Source: a bacterium (GTDB taxonomy: Bacteria > Electryoneota > Electryoneia > Electryoneales > Electryoneaceae). From it: DNA of 64,000 nucleotides. The stretch spans positions 608,001 to 672,000 of the forward strand of contig OY769902.1 of NCBI GenBank assembly GCA_963669175.1, written 5' to 3'. The first letter of the stretch is position 1. Each line of letters begins with the position of its first letter. The notes below the pieces were generated by a model. The model was not told where the DNA came from. It ran no database searches and was given only the letters and a program-made list of their open reading frames with translations. Made by a program: the position numbers and the translations under genes. Shown one piece after another: positions 17,764 through 26,740 of this stretch.

Positions 17764-20180
17764 GTATTCCCCACACCCGTGGGGATGAACCGGTGTTGGA
17801 TGCAGCGATCGATATCATCATCGAGTATTCCCCACACCCGTGGGGATGAACCGGTCGGGGGTATTTTCTATGGTGCCTATCAAAGGTATTCCCCACACCC
17901 GTGGGGATGAACCGTTGTCCGTTCACGTATACAGGGAATTCACCCCGTATTCCCCACACCCGTGGGGATGAACCGCCTATGCCCTTCCAAAAACCCCTTT
18001 CCTGATAGTATTCCCCACACCCGTGGGGATGAACCGGAGATACAGTTGTTAATGGGGTGCCTGTAGAAGTATTCCCCACACCCGTGGGGATGAACCGTCT
18101 GCGTCAAATTGCGAAGCGCCGCAATTGGCCGTATTCCCCACACCCGTGGGGATGAACCGCGTAGCCAGTGCGTTGGTTTCTTCGTTCGCCAGTATTCCCC
18201 ACACCCGTGGGGATGAACCGAAGGGTTCAGGGTATTTCAAGGGCCATATTGAAGTATTCCCCACACCCGTGGGGATGAACCGCGGCAGCTTACCATTGTG
18301 ACAGGGTGATAGGCCGTATTCCCCACACCCGTGGGGATGAACCGGAGAAGATGAAGGACCACGCGGCGGACTGTGTAGTATTCCCCACACCCGTGGGGAT
18401 GAACCGCTCTGTGGATGGAATCGGATGGTATGATGGCAGTATTCCCCACACCCGTGGGGATGAACCCGGAGACGTCGGTCCCGATGGTGATGGTAGTCGT
18501 ATTCCCCACACCCGTGGGGATGAACCGCTGCTGTACCCAATGTTGGCGAAATAGAACCAGTATTCCCCACACCCGTGGGGATGAACCGTTTTACAACCAG
18601 CACATGAGACAGGAATTCAAGTATTCCCCACACCCGTGGGGATGAACCGAACAAGCACACGGGGTACGCGAATTATTACATCGGTATTCCCCACACCCGT
18701 GGGGATGAACCGAGGCTGGCCGCAAGAAGGGCAAGGCAGACTCCGTATTCCCCACACCCGTGGGGATGAACCGCAATACAAGCCACTAAAGCAACTCCTC
18801 CAAGAGTATTCCCCACACCCGTGGGGATGAACCGTGCAGATGTTATAGCGCAACTAGCGTTCGAGGCGTATTCCCCACACCCGTGGGGATGAACCGCGGG
18901 GTTCGGGGCAAACGCCGAGCTTTGGAAAGTATTCCCCACACCCGTGGGGATGAACCGTTCACCTGAACTTGACAGGCTGGAGAGTGAAGAGTATTCCCCA
19001 CACCCGTGGGGATGAACCGCCAATGCGGCGACTGAAGATAAACCACTTACGTATTCCCCACACCCGTGGGGATGAACCGGAAAGCAGACCGGCCCGAAAA
19101 CCGAGGCGGGGGTATTCCCCACACCCGTGGGGATGAACCGCTGAACGAGTATGCAGCGGCCGATTTGTCGCCGTATTCCCCACACCCGTGGGGATGAACC
19201 GATGGGCCGGGGCGGATTCGATTTTGGTTTAAAGTATTCCCCACACCCGTGGGGATGAACCGGGTTTCGTTCAATTTTATCTTGAACTTAGTTCGTATTC
19301 CCCACACCCGTGGGGATGAACCGAAGATGTCTGAAACCGAGTACCAAAAGAAGTTGTATTCCCCACACCCGTGGGGATGAACCGAAAGCAAAAGGAAAGC
19401 ACTACTATGCGTAGAAGTATTCCCCACACCCGTGGGGATGAACCGGCCGTTGAGGGCACAACCCTGACCTGGTCGGGGTATTCCCCACACCCGTGGGGAT
19501 GAATCGTATTTGGCAATAATCTCGATAAAAGCACGGGCGTATTCCCCACACCCGTGGGGATGAACCGGGGTAGGGATGCGTGACCTGCGATTCGAGCACG
19601 TATTCCCCACACCCGTGGGGATGAACCGACCCTGAACGTAAACTGTGCCGTGAGTTTGGCGTATTCCCCACACCCGTGGGGATGAACCGTTCGGCATGAT
19701 GATTCAGACCCTGATTTCGCCGTATTCCCCACACCCGTGGGGATGAACCGTATATAAATCAGGCCAAAGAAGGCCTTACTGAAGTATTCCCCACACCCGT
19801 GGGGATGAACCGGCGGAGCGGGCACTCAGGCGGCTTCCGAAGCCGTATTCCCCACACCCGTGGGGATGAACCGACGACGTACAGCGCAAATAAAGGCCAT
19901 TGAGCGTATTCCCCACACCCGTGGGGATGAACCGCTTCACGGGCAAAACTGAACATTGAAAAGGGAAGTATTCCCCACACCCGTGGGGATGAACCGGAGT
20001 AAGCATGAAACCTTCAGATTTGCAGAAAGTATTCCCCACACCCGTGGGGGTGAACCGCCTTGCGAAATAAAGTTTCGTGCTGTCGTGGAAGTATTCCCCA
20101 CACCCGTGGGGATGGACCGCACTGGGGGATGCCATTGGCCGAGATGCCGGGGTATTCCCCACACCCGTGGGGGTGAACTC
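17764..20180 (+). CRISPR. Type I-E CRISPR array, 40 repeats (GTATTCCCCACACCCGTGGGGATGAACCG, 29 bp) and 39 spacers of 31-34 bp
   Basis: Counted by hand; ~61-bp period; CCCCAC/GTGGGG hairpin; variant repeats at 18439, 19478, 20029, 20091 and 20152; a further degenerate repeat at ~20269-20297. Confidence 0.99.
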
Positions 20181-20311
20181 TCAGCGTAATGAGGAATGAG
20201 GAATTAGCAATTAGGAATGAGGAATGAGAGTGTCTTCGTAAGTCGTTTAATTTCTAATTCTTAATTCCTAATTTCCTCACCCCGTGGGGATGAACTTTCA
20301 GCGTAATGAGG
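20162..20311. repeat. Heptamer-repeat hairpin (AATGAGG/AATTAGG x6, inverted TAATTYY x4) between two ~33-bp direct repeats at the CRISPR trailer
   Basis: DR1 20162-20194 and DR2 20278-20311 (CAC(C)CCGTGGGGrTGAACTyTCAGCGTAATGAGG); heptamers at 20188-20229 and 20248-20275. Confidence 0.85.
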
Positions 20312-20321
20312 TTGCTTCCGC

Positions 20322-20392
20322 GTACATCATATGTACATCAAACCATGTTGAAACACTGTGAAAAAGGGTGATGAAGTGTGATGAACTGTGAA
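20322..20392. repeat. Short direct repeats near the element end (candidate integrase arm / excisionase sites)
   Basis: GTACATCA-TAT-GTACATCA (20322-20340) and 10-bp periodic GTGATGAAST units (~20368-20392), 70-140 bp inside the att-like site. Confidence 0.45.
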
Positions 20393-20459
20393 GGGCTAAC
20401 CGACTGGTAAAACAATCAACTAGAGTGTATTTCTTCTGTTACCAAAATGCCTTCTTGAC

Positions 20460-20505
20460 GACTACGGATCAGAAGGTTTGGGGTTCGAATCCCTACAGGC
20501 GTACA
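20460..20505 (+). tRNA. 3' fragment of tRNA-Arg(ACG), att-like duplication rather than a full tRNA
   Basis: Anticodon loop CTACGGA, 3' anticodon stem TCAGA, T-arm TGGGG-TTCGAAT-CCCTA, acceptor strand CAGGCGT-A; no D-arm or 5' acceptor strand upstream. Confidence 0.85.
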
Positions 20506-20511
20506 CAGAGA

Positions 20512-20540
20512 GGCTACTGCGAATCGCAGTAGCCATTTTT
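20512..20540 (+). terminator. Rho-independent terminator directly after the tRNA fragment
   Basis: GGCTACTGCG-AAT-CGCAGTAGCC perfect 10-bp stem followed by ATTTTT. Confidence 0.85.
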
Positions 20541-20604
20541 ATTTCTGAAAAATCAAAGGCCGAATATGTTTGACAATACTTAAAAACTCTGCCAATTTCT
20601 ACTT

Positions 20605-22254
20605 CTAATCCACCAGCTTCGATTCCGGTTTATCCGTGCTGGCTTTCGGGAGTTTGAACTGGTTCGGACGATCCTTCACCACTCGTTCCAGCCATTCCTG
20701 CGAATAGCCGGCTTCGGCGGGGCGTCCCTGTTCATGTTGCATGTATCCATCATTGTATTTTCGGATCAGGTCTTCGCCCAGTTCACGCCAACGTTTGACC
20801 GTCAACTCACCACGTGACACTGAATAATCCGTTAAATACTGCATCATCAGGTCCGGGTCCTGCTCGTACAGTTCTTTCGCGGTTTGATCAATTGCGGGTT
20901 GCAGTGTGATGGCTGCGCCCTCGAGTTCGCTCTGTACAGCCTGGATATCCACGATCATGTCCGCATAGCGCAGGTTGGCGAAGTTGGCTACGAAGTTGAA
21001 AACCCAGAACGCGCTATCCCAAGTGAAGTTGCTCAGGCTGCCACCCGGCCCACCGGTATAGGACCAGGGAATATCATTGATGCCACAATACAGGGGCACA
21101 TAACATGTGGTATAGGTATCGTCTACCCCGTACCAATATACCCCGCCGATGGGGTCAGGCAGGGATTTACGGGACTGGGAGACGAAAGAAAAGCCTGTCT
21201 GCTGGGTGCTGATCGGACGTTCCCATACATAGTGTTCGGTAGTGTCTTCCAGGGTCCAGACCATGGGACGGCTGCGCATCGGATTGCCGAATGGTCCCGC
21301 GTCAACACCCTTGGTCATGTCAAAGTCCGTCCCTTCGTAATGGTCCCGCATCAGGGAAAACACGTCCGCAAGGGCGAGCTTATTATCCGGCTTGATCCAC
21401 AACGGGTACGGTTCAGCGCCTTCAACTGCACGATGATAATCGGGGCTCAGATCCAACGATGGCGCTGCACGACGGAAAATGCTCCAGACACGCATTGCGC
21501 CGTAGCGTTTATTACGTGGTGTGGAGGGATTGTACGCTTCGTTGAAACGGAATGGTTCCCCGGAATCCGGGTCGTAATAGCCCCTTTCAACCGCAAAATC
21601 GATCACGTCTTCCGAGTATATACAGTTCTTCGGATCGTTCAACGGAAAAGTGCTGATGACCGCTTTATTGGCATGGGCGCAGACCATACCGTCCGGCACT
21701 CGCATCGCTACCCAGACAGCCCCCTCACCACCCGGCCCCTTTCCGATAATTTCCAGAAGCCATGCTTCGTTAGAATCGCCGATTGAAATAGATTCCCCGG
21801 TGGAGCCATAACCATATTCGGCTACAAGCGATGTCATCACCTCAACTGCTTCACGTGCGGTTTTGGTACGCTGCAACGCCAACTGCATCAGATCCCAGTA
21901 GTGCAGCAGGCCATCCGGATCGCGCAGTTCCTGTCGTCCATCGAAAGTGGTTTCTCCAATGGCAAGCTGGTGCTCGTTCATGATGTCAACCACCGCATAG
22001 GTATGCTCGACCTGTGCGATCTTGCCGACGATTTTTCCGCTCCAGCGCTTGATTTCCAGCGAATCACCCGGCTCGTAATCTTCCGCGGGGATGTAGTCAA
22101 GGCGCGGATGGAAACGTCCGTCACAGGTATAACAGATATTCACCGATCCATCCGCCGACGCGCCCCTGGTTACGATCAGGTTGGTGCAGGCATGGGACAG
22201 GTTGACGGTTACGGTGACGATAAGCAGAAAAGCGGCAAAGACCTGTTTTTTCAT
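20605..22254 (-). CDS. Secreted peptidase C69-family dipeptidase
   Basis: Signal peptide followed by Ntn nucleophile A|CTNLIVTRGASADGS; MNEHQLAIGETT, ARE.V, RDHYEGT, ERPIS motifs. Confidence 0.92.
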   Translation of the reverse strand: MKKQVFAAFLLIVTVTVNLSHACTNLIVTRGASADGSVNICYTCDGRFHPRLDYIPAEDYEPGDSLEIKRWSGKIVGKIAQVEHTYAVVDIMNEHQLAIGETTFDGRQELRDPDGLLHYWDLMQLALQRTKTAREAVEVMTSLVAEYGYGSTGESISIGDSNEAWLLEIIGKGPGGEGAVWVAMRVPDGMVCAHANKAVISTFPLNDPKNCIYSEDVIDFAVERGYYDPDSGEPFRFNEAYNPSTPRNKRYGAMRVWSIFRRAAPSLDLSPDYHRAVEGAEPYPLWIKPDNKLALADVFSLMRDHYEGTDFDMTKGVDAGPFGNPMRSRPMVWTLEDTTEHYVWERPISTQQTGFSFVSQSRKSLPDPIGGVYWYGVDDTYTTCYVPLYCGINDIPWSYTGGPGGSLSNFTWDSAFWVFNFVANFANLRYADMIVDIQAVQSELEGAAITLQPAIDQTAKELYEQDPDLMMQYLTDYSVSRGELTVKRWRELGEDLIRKYNDGYMQHEQGRPAEAGYSQEWLERVVKDRPNQFKLPKASTDKPESKLVD

Positions 22255-22411
22255 GGAGAAACCCAGGTTGAGGTTGCTGGTTACACGGGAATGCAAAGGC
22301 GTGCAGAACCCAACGTCCTGTCATGCCGATGTGTGAAAGATAGACGACCTTCTACTGACAATCAACCTGGCTGTCAAATACGTAAAACGAATTGAGGGAC
22401 AAACCACAATA

Positions 22412-22660
22412 AGGACTAACTTCTTTATTCTATTTAGAATACACCCCGCCGGACAGCCGTTTCCGCTTCGCTACAGCATGCTTCAAGCCGGACGGGGCCA
22501 AACTAGGACTAACTTCTTTATTCTATTTAGAATACACCCCGCCGGACAGCCGTTTCCGCTTCGCTACAGCATGCTTCAAGCCGGACGGGGCCAAACCAGG
22601 ACTAACTACTTTATTCTATTTAAAATAGACCACCGCTGACAAGCAAGCGGGGCCAAACAG
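22412..22660. repeat. 93-bp tandem repeat (2 near-identical copies + 1 shortened divergent copy), REP-like
   Basis: Units start at 22412, 22505 and 22598 with AGGACTAACT.CTTTATTCTATTTA; each has a GC hairpin (CCCCGCCGG...CCGGACGGGG). Confidence 0.9.
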
Positions 22661-22675
22661 CGCGAAACTCTACCA

Positions 22676-23575
22676 CTAAACCGTTTCAGCCACAAATCCC
22701 CGGACAGCATCCCACAACTGACGGATATCTTCGGCCGCGCCTTCTGTGGTGAAATCGACCAACGGCACTCCTGCAACCTGGGCGTAGGTAGTACGTTCAT
22801 CAAAACGGATTCGTCCGATGACCGGGTTGCCGGTTTCCTGTCCCCACTTTGTTATGGAGTCACTGATTTCCGGGTTCAAATCCCATTTATTGATGCAGAT
22901 TCCGGTCGGGATAGAAAAATGTTTCGCCAGCGCGGCGATACGTTCCATATCATGCTGCCCGGAAAGGGTTGGTTCGGTAACAATCAGCGCGTAATCGGCC
23001 TGGGTCAGGGCGGCGATCACCGGGCAACCGATTCCCGGAGGGCCATCGATCAGGAGCATGGCGTATTCCCGGGCGCGTGCGATACCCTGGGCGAAATTGC
23101 GTACGATGGTAACAAGTTTCCCCGAATTCTCCGCAGCGATGCCCAGCTTGGCATGGACCATGGGGCCATATTCGGTCTCCGAGACAAACCAGTGACCGGC
23201 ATTCTCTTCTTCCATCTTGATCGCCTGGGTCGGGCAGAACCAGGCGCATACCCCGCACCCTTCGCAGGCAAACGGGTCCACACGTAAAACGGATGCTATA
23301 CCGTGGCCTTGTTCAGCGCCATATCCAATCGCACCATACCGGCACAGCCCCTCACACAGATCACAATCGATACAGGCGTCAGGATCAATGTGCGCGATCT
23401 TGGCGCCATAGAACGTGTTTTCGCGTTTGACTTCCGGCTTCAGCACCAAGTGTAAATCCGCCGCATCCACATCACAATCCGCCAGTACAACCGGTTTGGC
23501 AAGCGCAGCTAATGATGAGACCACGCTCGTTTTCCCGGTTCCGCCTTTTCCACTGACTACGGTTATCGTTTTCAT
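22676..23575 (-). CDS. MinD-superfamily P-loop ATPase with inserted 2x[4Fe-4S] ferredoxin (COG1149, Orp-type)
   Basis: SGKGGTGKT, DCDVDA, CIDCDLCEGLC, CEGCGVCAWFCP, ENSGKLV, DGPPGIGCP. Confidence 0.92.
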   Translation of the reverse strand: MKTITVVSGKGGTGKTSVVSSLAALAKPVVLADCDVDAADLHLVLKPEVKRENTFYGAKIAHIDPDACIDCDLCEGLCRYGAIGYGAEQGHGIASVLRVDPFACEGCGVCAWFCPTQAIKMEEENAGHWFVSETEYGPMVHAKLGIAAENSGKLVTIVRNFAQGIARAREYAMLLIDGPPGIGCPVIAALTQADYALIVTEPTLSGQHDMERIAALAKHFSIPTGICINKWDLNPEISDSITKWGQETGNPVIGRIRFDERTTYAQVAGVPLVDFTTEGAAEDIRQLWDAVRGFVAETV

Positions 23576-23608
23576 GGCGCTACCTGTATCCTGAGATATG
23601 TTTTCCTG

Positions 23609-24463
23609 TCAAGCAACCGGTTCCAGTTCCAGTAGTCGCGCTGCCAGTTTCCCGAAGAGGTCGTGCAGGTCGGGGAGCTGCTCGACCAGTACCCCGCCAC
23701 GCGAATACGCTTCCGCGACCTGGCGTGAAAATGGAATACGCAGCAGAATCTCGATGCCCTGTTCACGGCAATACGTTTCTACCGCATCATCGCCCACGCC
23801 ATCCCGGTTAATGATGACACCAAACGGAAGTTGCAGAGCCTGCATGGTTTCGACCGCCAGGATCAAATCATTCAACCCGAAAGGTGTAGGCTCGGTGACA
23901 AGGACAACGTAATCCATCCCACGTACGGCCTCTATCACCGGACAAGAGGTTCCCGGCGGGGCATCGACGATGCTGATGACGGTGTCCGTCGAGAGTTTCT
24001 GCTTCACCTGTCTAATCAGGGGAACCGCCGTTGCTTCGCCAATGGTCAATTTGCCACTGATGAAACGGATTGGTCCGGATTGACCGGTTTCCATTTCACC
24101 GATGGGACGGTTTACCTCCGTAATCGCCTTCTGCGGACAGACCAGGGTACATCCCCCGCAACCGTGACAAAGTTCCGGGTAGGTCACCACATTCCCCTTG
24201 ATCACAATAATCGCGCTGAATTCGCAGATGTCCGCGCACAATTTGCAACCATCACATTTGTCAGCGTCCACCTCGGGAATGGGGACATATACATTTTCTT
24301 TCTGCACCTGTGACGGTTTCAGGAACACATGCCCGTTGGGAGCTTCCACATCACAGTCGCAATACTCCACACGGGAACCGTTTTCGGCAAAAATATGGGC
24401 AAGGTTCACGGCAACCGTGGTCTTTCCGGTGCCCCCCTTGCCACTGGCAACAGCTATCTTCAT
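23609..24463 (-). CDS. MinD-superfamily P-loop ATPase with inserted ferredoxin (COG1149, Orp-type paralog)
   Basis: ASGKGGTGKTT, DCDVEAPN, CDGCKLCADIC, CHGCGGCTLVCP, DAPPGTSCP, EPTPFGL.DL. Confidence 0.92.
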   Translation of the reverse strand: MKIAVASGKGGTGKTTVAVNLAHIFAENGSRVEYCDCDVEAPNGHVFLKPSQVQKENVYVPIPEVDADKCDGCKLCADICEFSAIIVIKGNVVTYPELCHGCGGCTLVCPQKAITEVNRPIGEMETGQSGPIRFISGKLTIGEATAVPLIRQVKQKLSTDTVISIVDAPPGTSCPVIEAVRGMDYVVLVTEPTPFGLNDLILAVETMQALQLPFGVIINRDGVGDDAVETYCREQGIEILLRIPFSRQVAEAYSRGGVLVEQLPDLHDLFGKLAARLLELEPVA

Positions 24464-24486
24464 GTCGGTTTCGCCTTACACCACGT

Positions 24487-24759
24487 TCAACCTTTTCGAT
24501 ACAGGGTTGCGCCACATTCCGGGCAGGTCATTTCCCTGCAAGGCACACCCCGTTCATGCGGAACAGTAGCGCCACACTTGGGACAAACGCATTCGCTTGC
24601 CGGTCCGAATCCCTGACCGCCGCCGCGACCACGGCCGCCACCCTGACCCATTCCGCCGCCGCCACGGCCAAAGCCCTGACCGCCGCCTGAACCTTTTCCC
24701 TGGCCGCCGCCGCCACCGCCACGACCGCCACCGGATCCACTGCCTCCACCACCGGGCAT
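24487..24759 (-). CDS. Small Gly-rich protein with C-terminal double CxxC metal-binding ribbon
   Basis: Gly-rich N-terminus followed by [15 protein letters not shown]....CPECG; AGGAG RBS; typical of NifX/COG1149 clusters. Confidence 0.75.
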   Translation of the reverse strand: MPGGGGSGSGGGRGGGGGGQGKGSGGGQGFGRGGGGMGQGGGRGRGGGQGFGPASECVCPKCGATVPHERGVPCREMTCPECGATLYRKG

Positions 24760-24776
24760 CGCTCTATCTCCTGTGT

Positions 24777-25136
24777 CTACCAGTGTCCTGTAACGTCTGC
24801 ACCATTTAAAAGTTGCAGCTTGTTATCCGCCAACCCGGCCAACGCTTCACGGATTTTGCCGCCGGGACAGGCATACACTGCGATCTTCGCAGCCTGTAAT
24901 GCGTTGAACGCCTTGGGACCACAATGGCCCGTAATAACAGCGTCCACATCATGATTCGCGACCAGTGAGGCCGCCTGAATGCCTGCTCCACCCATGGCGC
25001 CGGCATTTTCGAGGTTGTTCAGGGCTTCAATCACGGTTCCCTGTTCATCCGTAATCAGGAAAAAGGAACAACGGCCAAACCGAGGGTCCAGTTCACTGTC
25101 AAGGGTTTCACCCTGTGCTGAAATGGCAATCTTCAC
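24777..25136 (-). CDS. NifB/NifX-family (MTH1175/orange-protein-like) metal-cluster-binding protein
   Basis: KIAISA.G, DPRFGRC..F, GAGIQAA, VITG.CGPKAF. Confidence 0.9.
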   Translation of the reverse strand: MKIAISAQGETLDSELDPRFGRCSFFLITDEQGTVIEALNNLENAGAMGGAGIQAASLVANHDVDAVITGHCGPKAFNALQAAKIAVYACPGGKIREALAGLADNKLQLLNGADVTGHW

Positions 25137-25229
25137 CTTGCTATCCTTTCACAACGATTTTAAAGCTTTTGCTTTTAGCCCGACATCTTGCCAGTCGGGG
25201 TTCTTACGAATCCACAAAACAGTATTCTT

Positions 25230-26537
25230 CTATTCCAGCCCCATCGCAGCCATTTTGCGCCACAGGGTTGACCGGTGCATACCCAGCTCACGTGCGGCGC
25301 GTGTACGATTGCCGTTATGCCTGCGTAAGGCATCACGGATCATCGCCTCTTCGTTGTCTTCTGAATCAGGCTTGCTCGTGTGAATACTGATGGCGTCCAT
25401 GATATGATGAGGCAGATGTTCCGGTTTGATCGTATCACCGTGGCACATGACCAGGGCATGTTGAATGGCGTTTTCCAGTTCACGAACATTGCCGGGGAAA
25501 GCATAGTTGCGCAGATAGGCCAGGGCTTCCGGGCTGACACTGGTGACCTGCTTCCGGATACGCTTGCGTGACTTGGCCAGGAAATGGTTTACCAGGACAG
25601 GAATGTCATCGGGACGATCCCGTAGCGGCGGAATCTTGATATCGACAACATTGATCCGGAAGTAGAGATCTTCACGGAATTTCCCTTCCCTGATATACTG
25701 TCGCATATTGGCGTTGGTCGCTGCAACAATGCGAGCATCAGTGTGCATGGTGCGTGTGGAACCCAACGGCTGGTATTCGCCATTGTTCAATACACGTAAC
25801 AATTTTGCCTGTAGCGAGACATCCATTTCGCTGATTTCGTCCATCAGCAGCGTGCCTCCATTGGCAAGACAGAACATGCCCGGCTTGCTGCGCTTGGCAT
25901 CCGTGAACGCGCCCTTTTCATAGCCGAACAGCTCAGATTCCAACAGTGTTGCAGGTAATGCACCGCAGTTGATACGGATATACGGACCGTACTTACGTGG
26001 GCTCAACGAGTGAATCGCCTGGGCGATCAGCTCCTTGCCTGAGCCACTCGGGCCTTCGATCAGAACATTGCATTCTGCCGATGCGATGTCAGGCAACAGA
26101 CCGATTAACTGTTGCATCTTATCGTTGACGCTGATAATGCCTTTCAGCGTATGCTTACGGTGTAGCTGACGCTGTAAATGTTCGATTTCAGTGACATCCT
26201 GGAAAAACTCAACCGCTCCGATCACCACCCCGGCCTCGTCACGCAACAGTGTTGTAGAAACATTGATCGGTGTTTCACAACCCTCACGAGTGATCATGGT
26301 GACGCGAGCATTTTCTACCGGTTCTTCACTTTTCAGGGTGTCCTTCAACGCACATTGCTTGTGGCAAACCTCTGTGCGGAAAATGTCGAAACAGTGCTGA
26401 CCCTTTGCTTCCTGGCGGGAAAACCCTGTGATTTCCTCGGCCGCACGGTTGAACGAAGTGATGATACAGTCCTTGTTTACGGTAAAGACACCATCACGTA
26501 TGTTCTCGAAAATGATCTTGCTGAATTTCTCGTCCAA
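25230..26537 (-). CDS. PAS-domain sigma54-dependent activator (OrpR-like, Fis HTH)
   Basis: Likely TTG start at 26537 (AAGGAG RBS); PAS with C-X7-C-X3-C; GPSGSGKE, ESELFG..KGAFTDA, FREDLYFR, PGNVREL, HRSTLWRK. Confidence 0.92.
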   Translation of the reverse strand: MDEKFSKIIFENIRDGVFTVNKDCIITSFNRAAEEITGFSRQEAKGQHCFDIFRTEVCHKQCALKDTLKSEEPVENARVTMITREGCETPINVSTTLLRDEAGVVIGAVEFFQDVTEIEHLQRQLHRKHTLKGIISVNDKMQQLIGLLPDIASAECNVLIEGPSGSGKELIAQAIHSLSPRKYGPYIRINCGALPATLLESELFGYEKGAFTDAKRSKPGMFCLANGGTLLMDEISEMDVSLQAKLLRVLNNGEYQPLGSTRTMHTDARIVAATNANMRQYIREGKFREDLYFRINVVDIKIPPLRDRPDDIPVLVNHFLAKSRKRIRKQVTSVSPEALAYLRNYAFPGNVRELENAIQHALVMCHGDTIKPEHLPHHIMDAISIHTSKPDSEDNEEAMIRDALRRHNGNRTRAARELGMHRSTLWRKMAAMGLE

Positions 26538-26740
26538 GCAAAACTCCTTTTTCACCTGAAAACAACATTTTTGTCGCAATCGATTTTATTAGTCTACCTG
26601 CCTGTAAACAATTGATTATGATTAAAATATAATCATCATATGCTATAAACCCAACCCATGAGAGGCCTGAGTCTCGCCCAAGAGAAAGAGCATGACAGTA
26701 AAAATCATGCTCTTCCTCAGACACCAAAGCGGGATAGGTG

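Larger units (their letters stand above)
1..20505. mobile_element. Right-hand part of an integrative element / genomic island ending at a tRNA-Arg(ACG) 3' fragment (left end and integrase outside window)
   Basis: Isolated tRNA 3' half at 20460-20505 preceded by short direct repeats; MGE-type genes (DUF932, Rad52-like SSAP, AbiE TA, HNH, AEP Rep, YonO/RdRP-like RNAP) to the left, metabolic genes to the right. Integrase not seen in window. Confidence 0.75.

Noticed and set aside
17793-20151. Self-targeting spacers within the window
   Set aside because: No convincing match seen by eye; a proper alignment is needed, so this is neither claimed nor excluded.
17750-20189. Many ORFs in the ORF track across the CRISPR array
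   Set aside because: They are translations of the repeat (VHPHGCGEY, GSSPRVWG, RFIPTGVGN), not genes.
20430-20505. A complete functional tRNA-Arg gene
   Set aside because: Upstream sequence cannot form the D-arm, the 5' acceptor strand or the full anticodon stem; only the 3' half is present.
1-20505. Intact prophage
   Set aside because: No terminase, capsid, tail or lysis genes in the visible part; cannot be excluded for the portion outside the window.
20884-21786. Long antisense ORFs (e.g. 20884..21786, 32844..33794, 39832..40818)
   Set aside because: Shadow frames opposite well-supported genes, with no recognisable motifs.
22412-22660. Second mini CRISPR array
   Set aside because: The intervening sequences are near-identical or related hairpins, not unique spacers, and the period is 93 bp.
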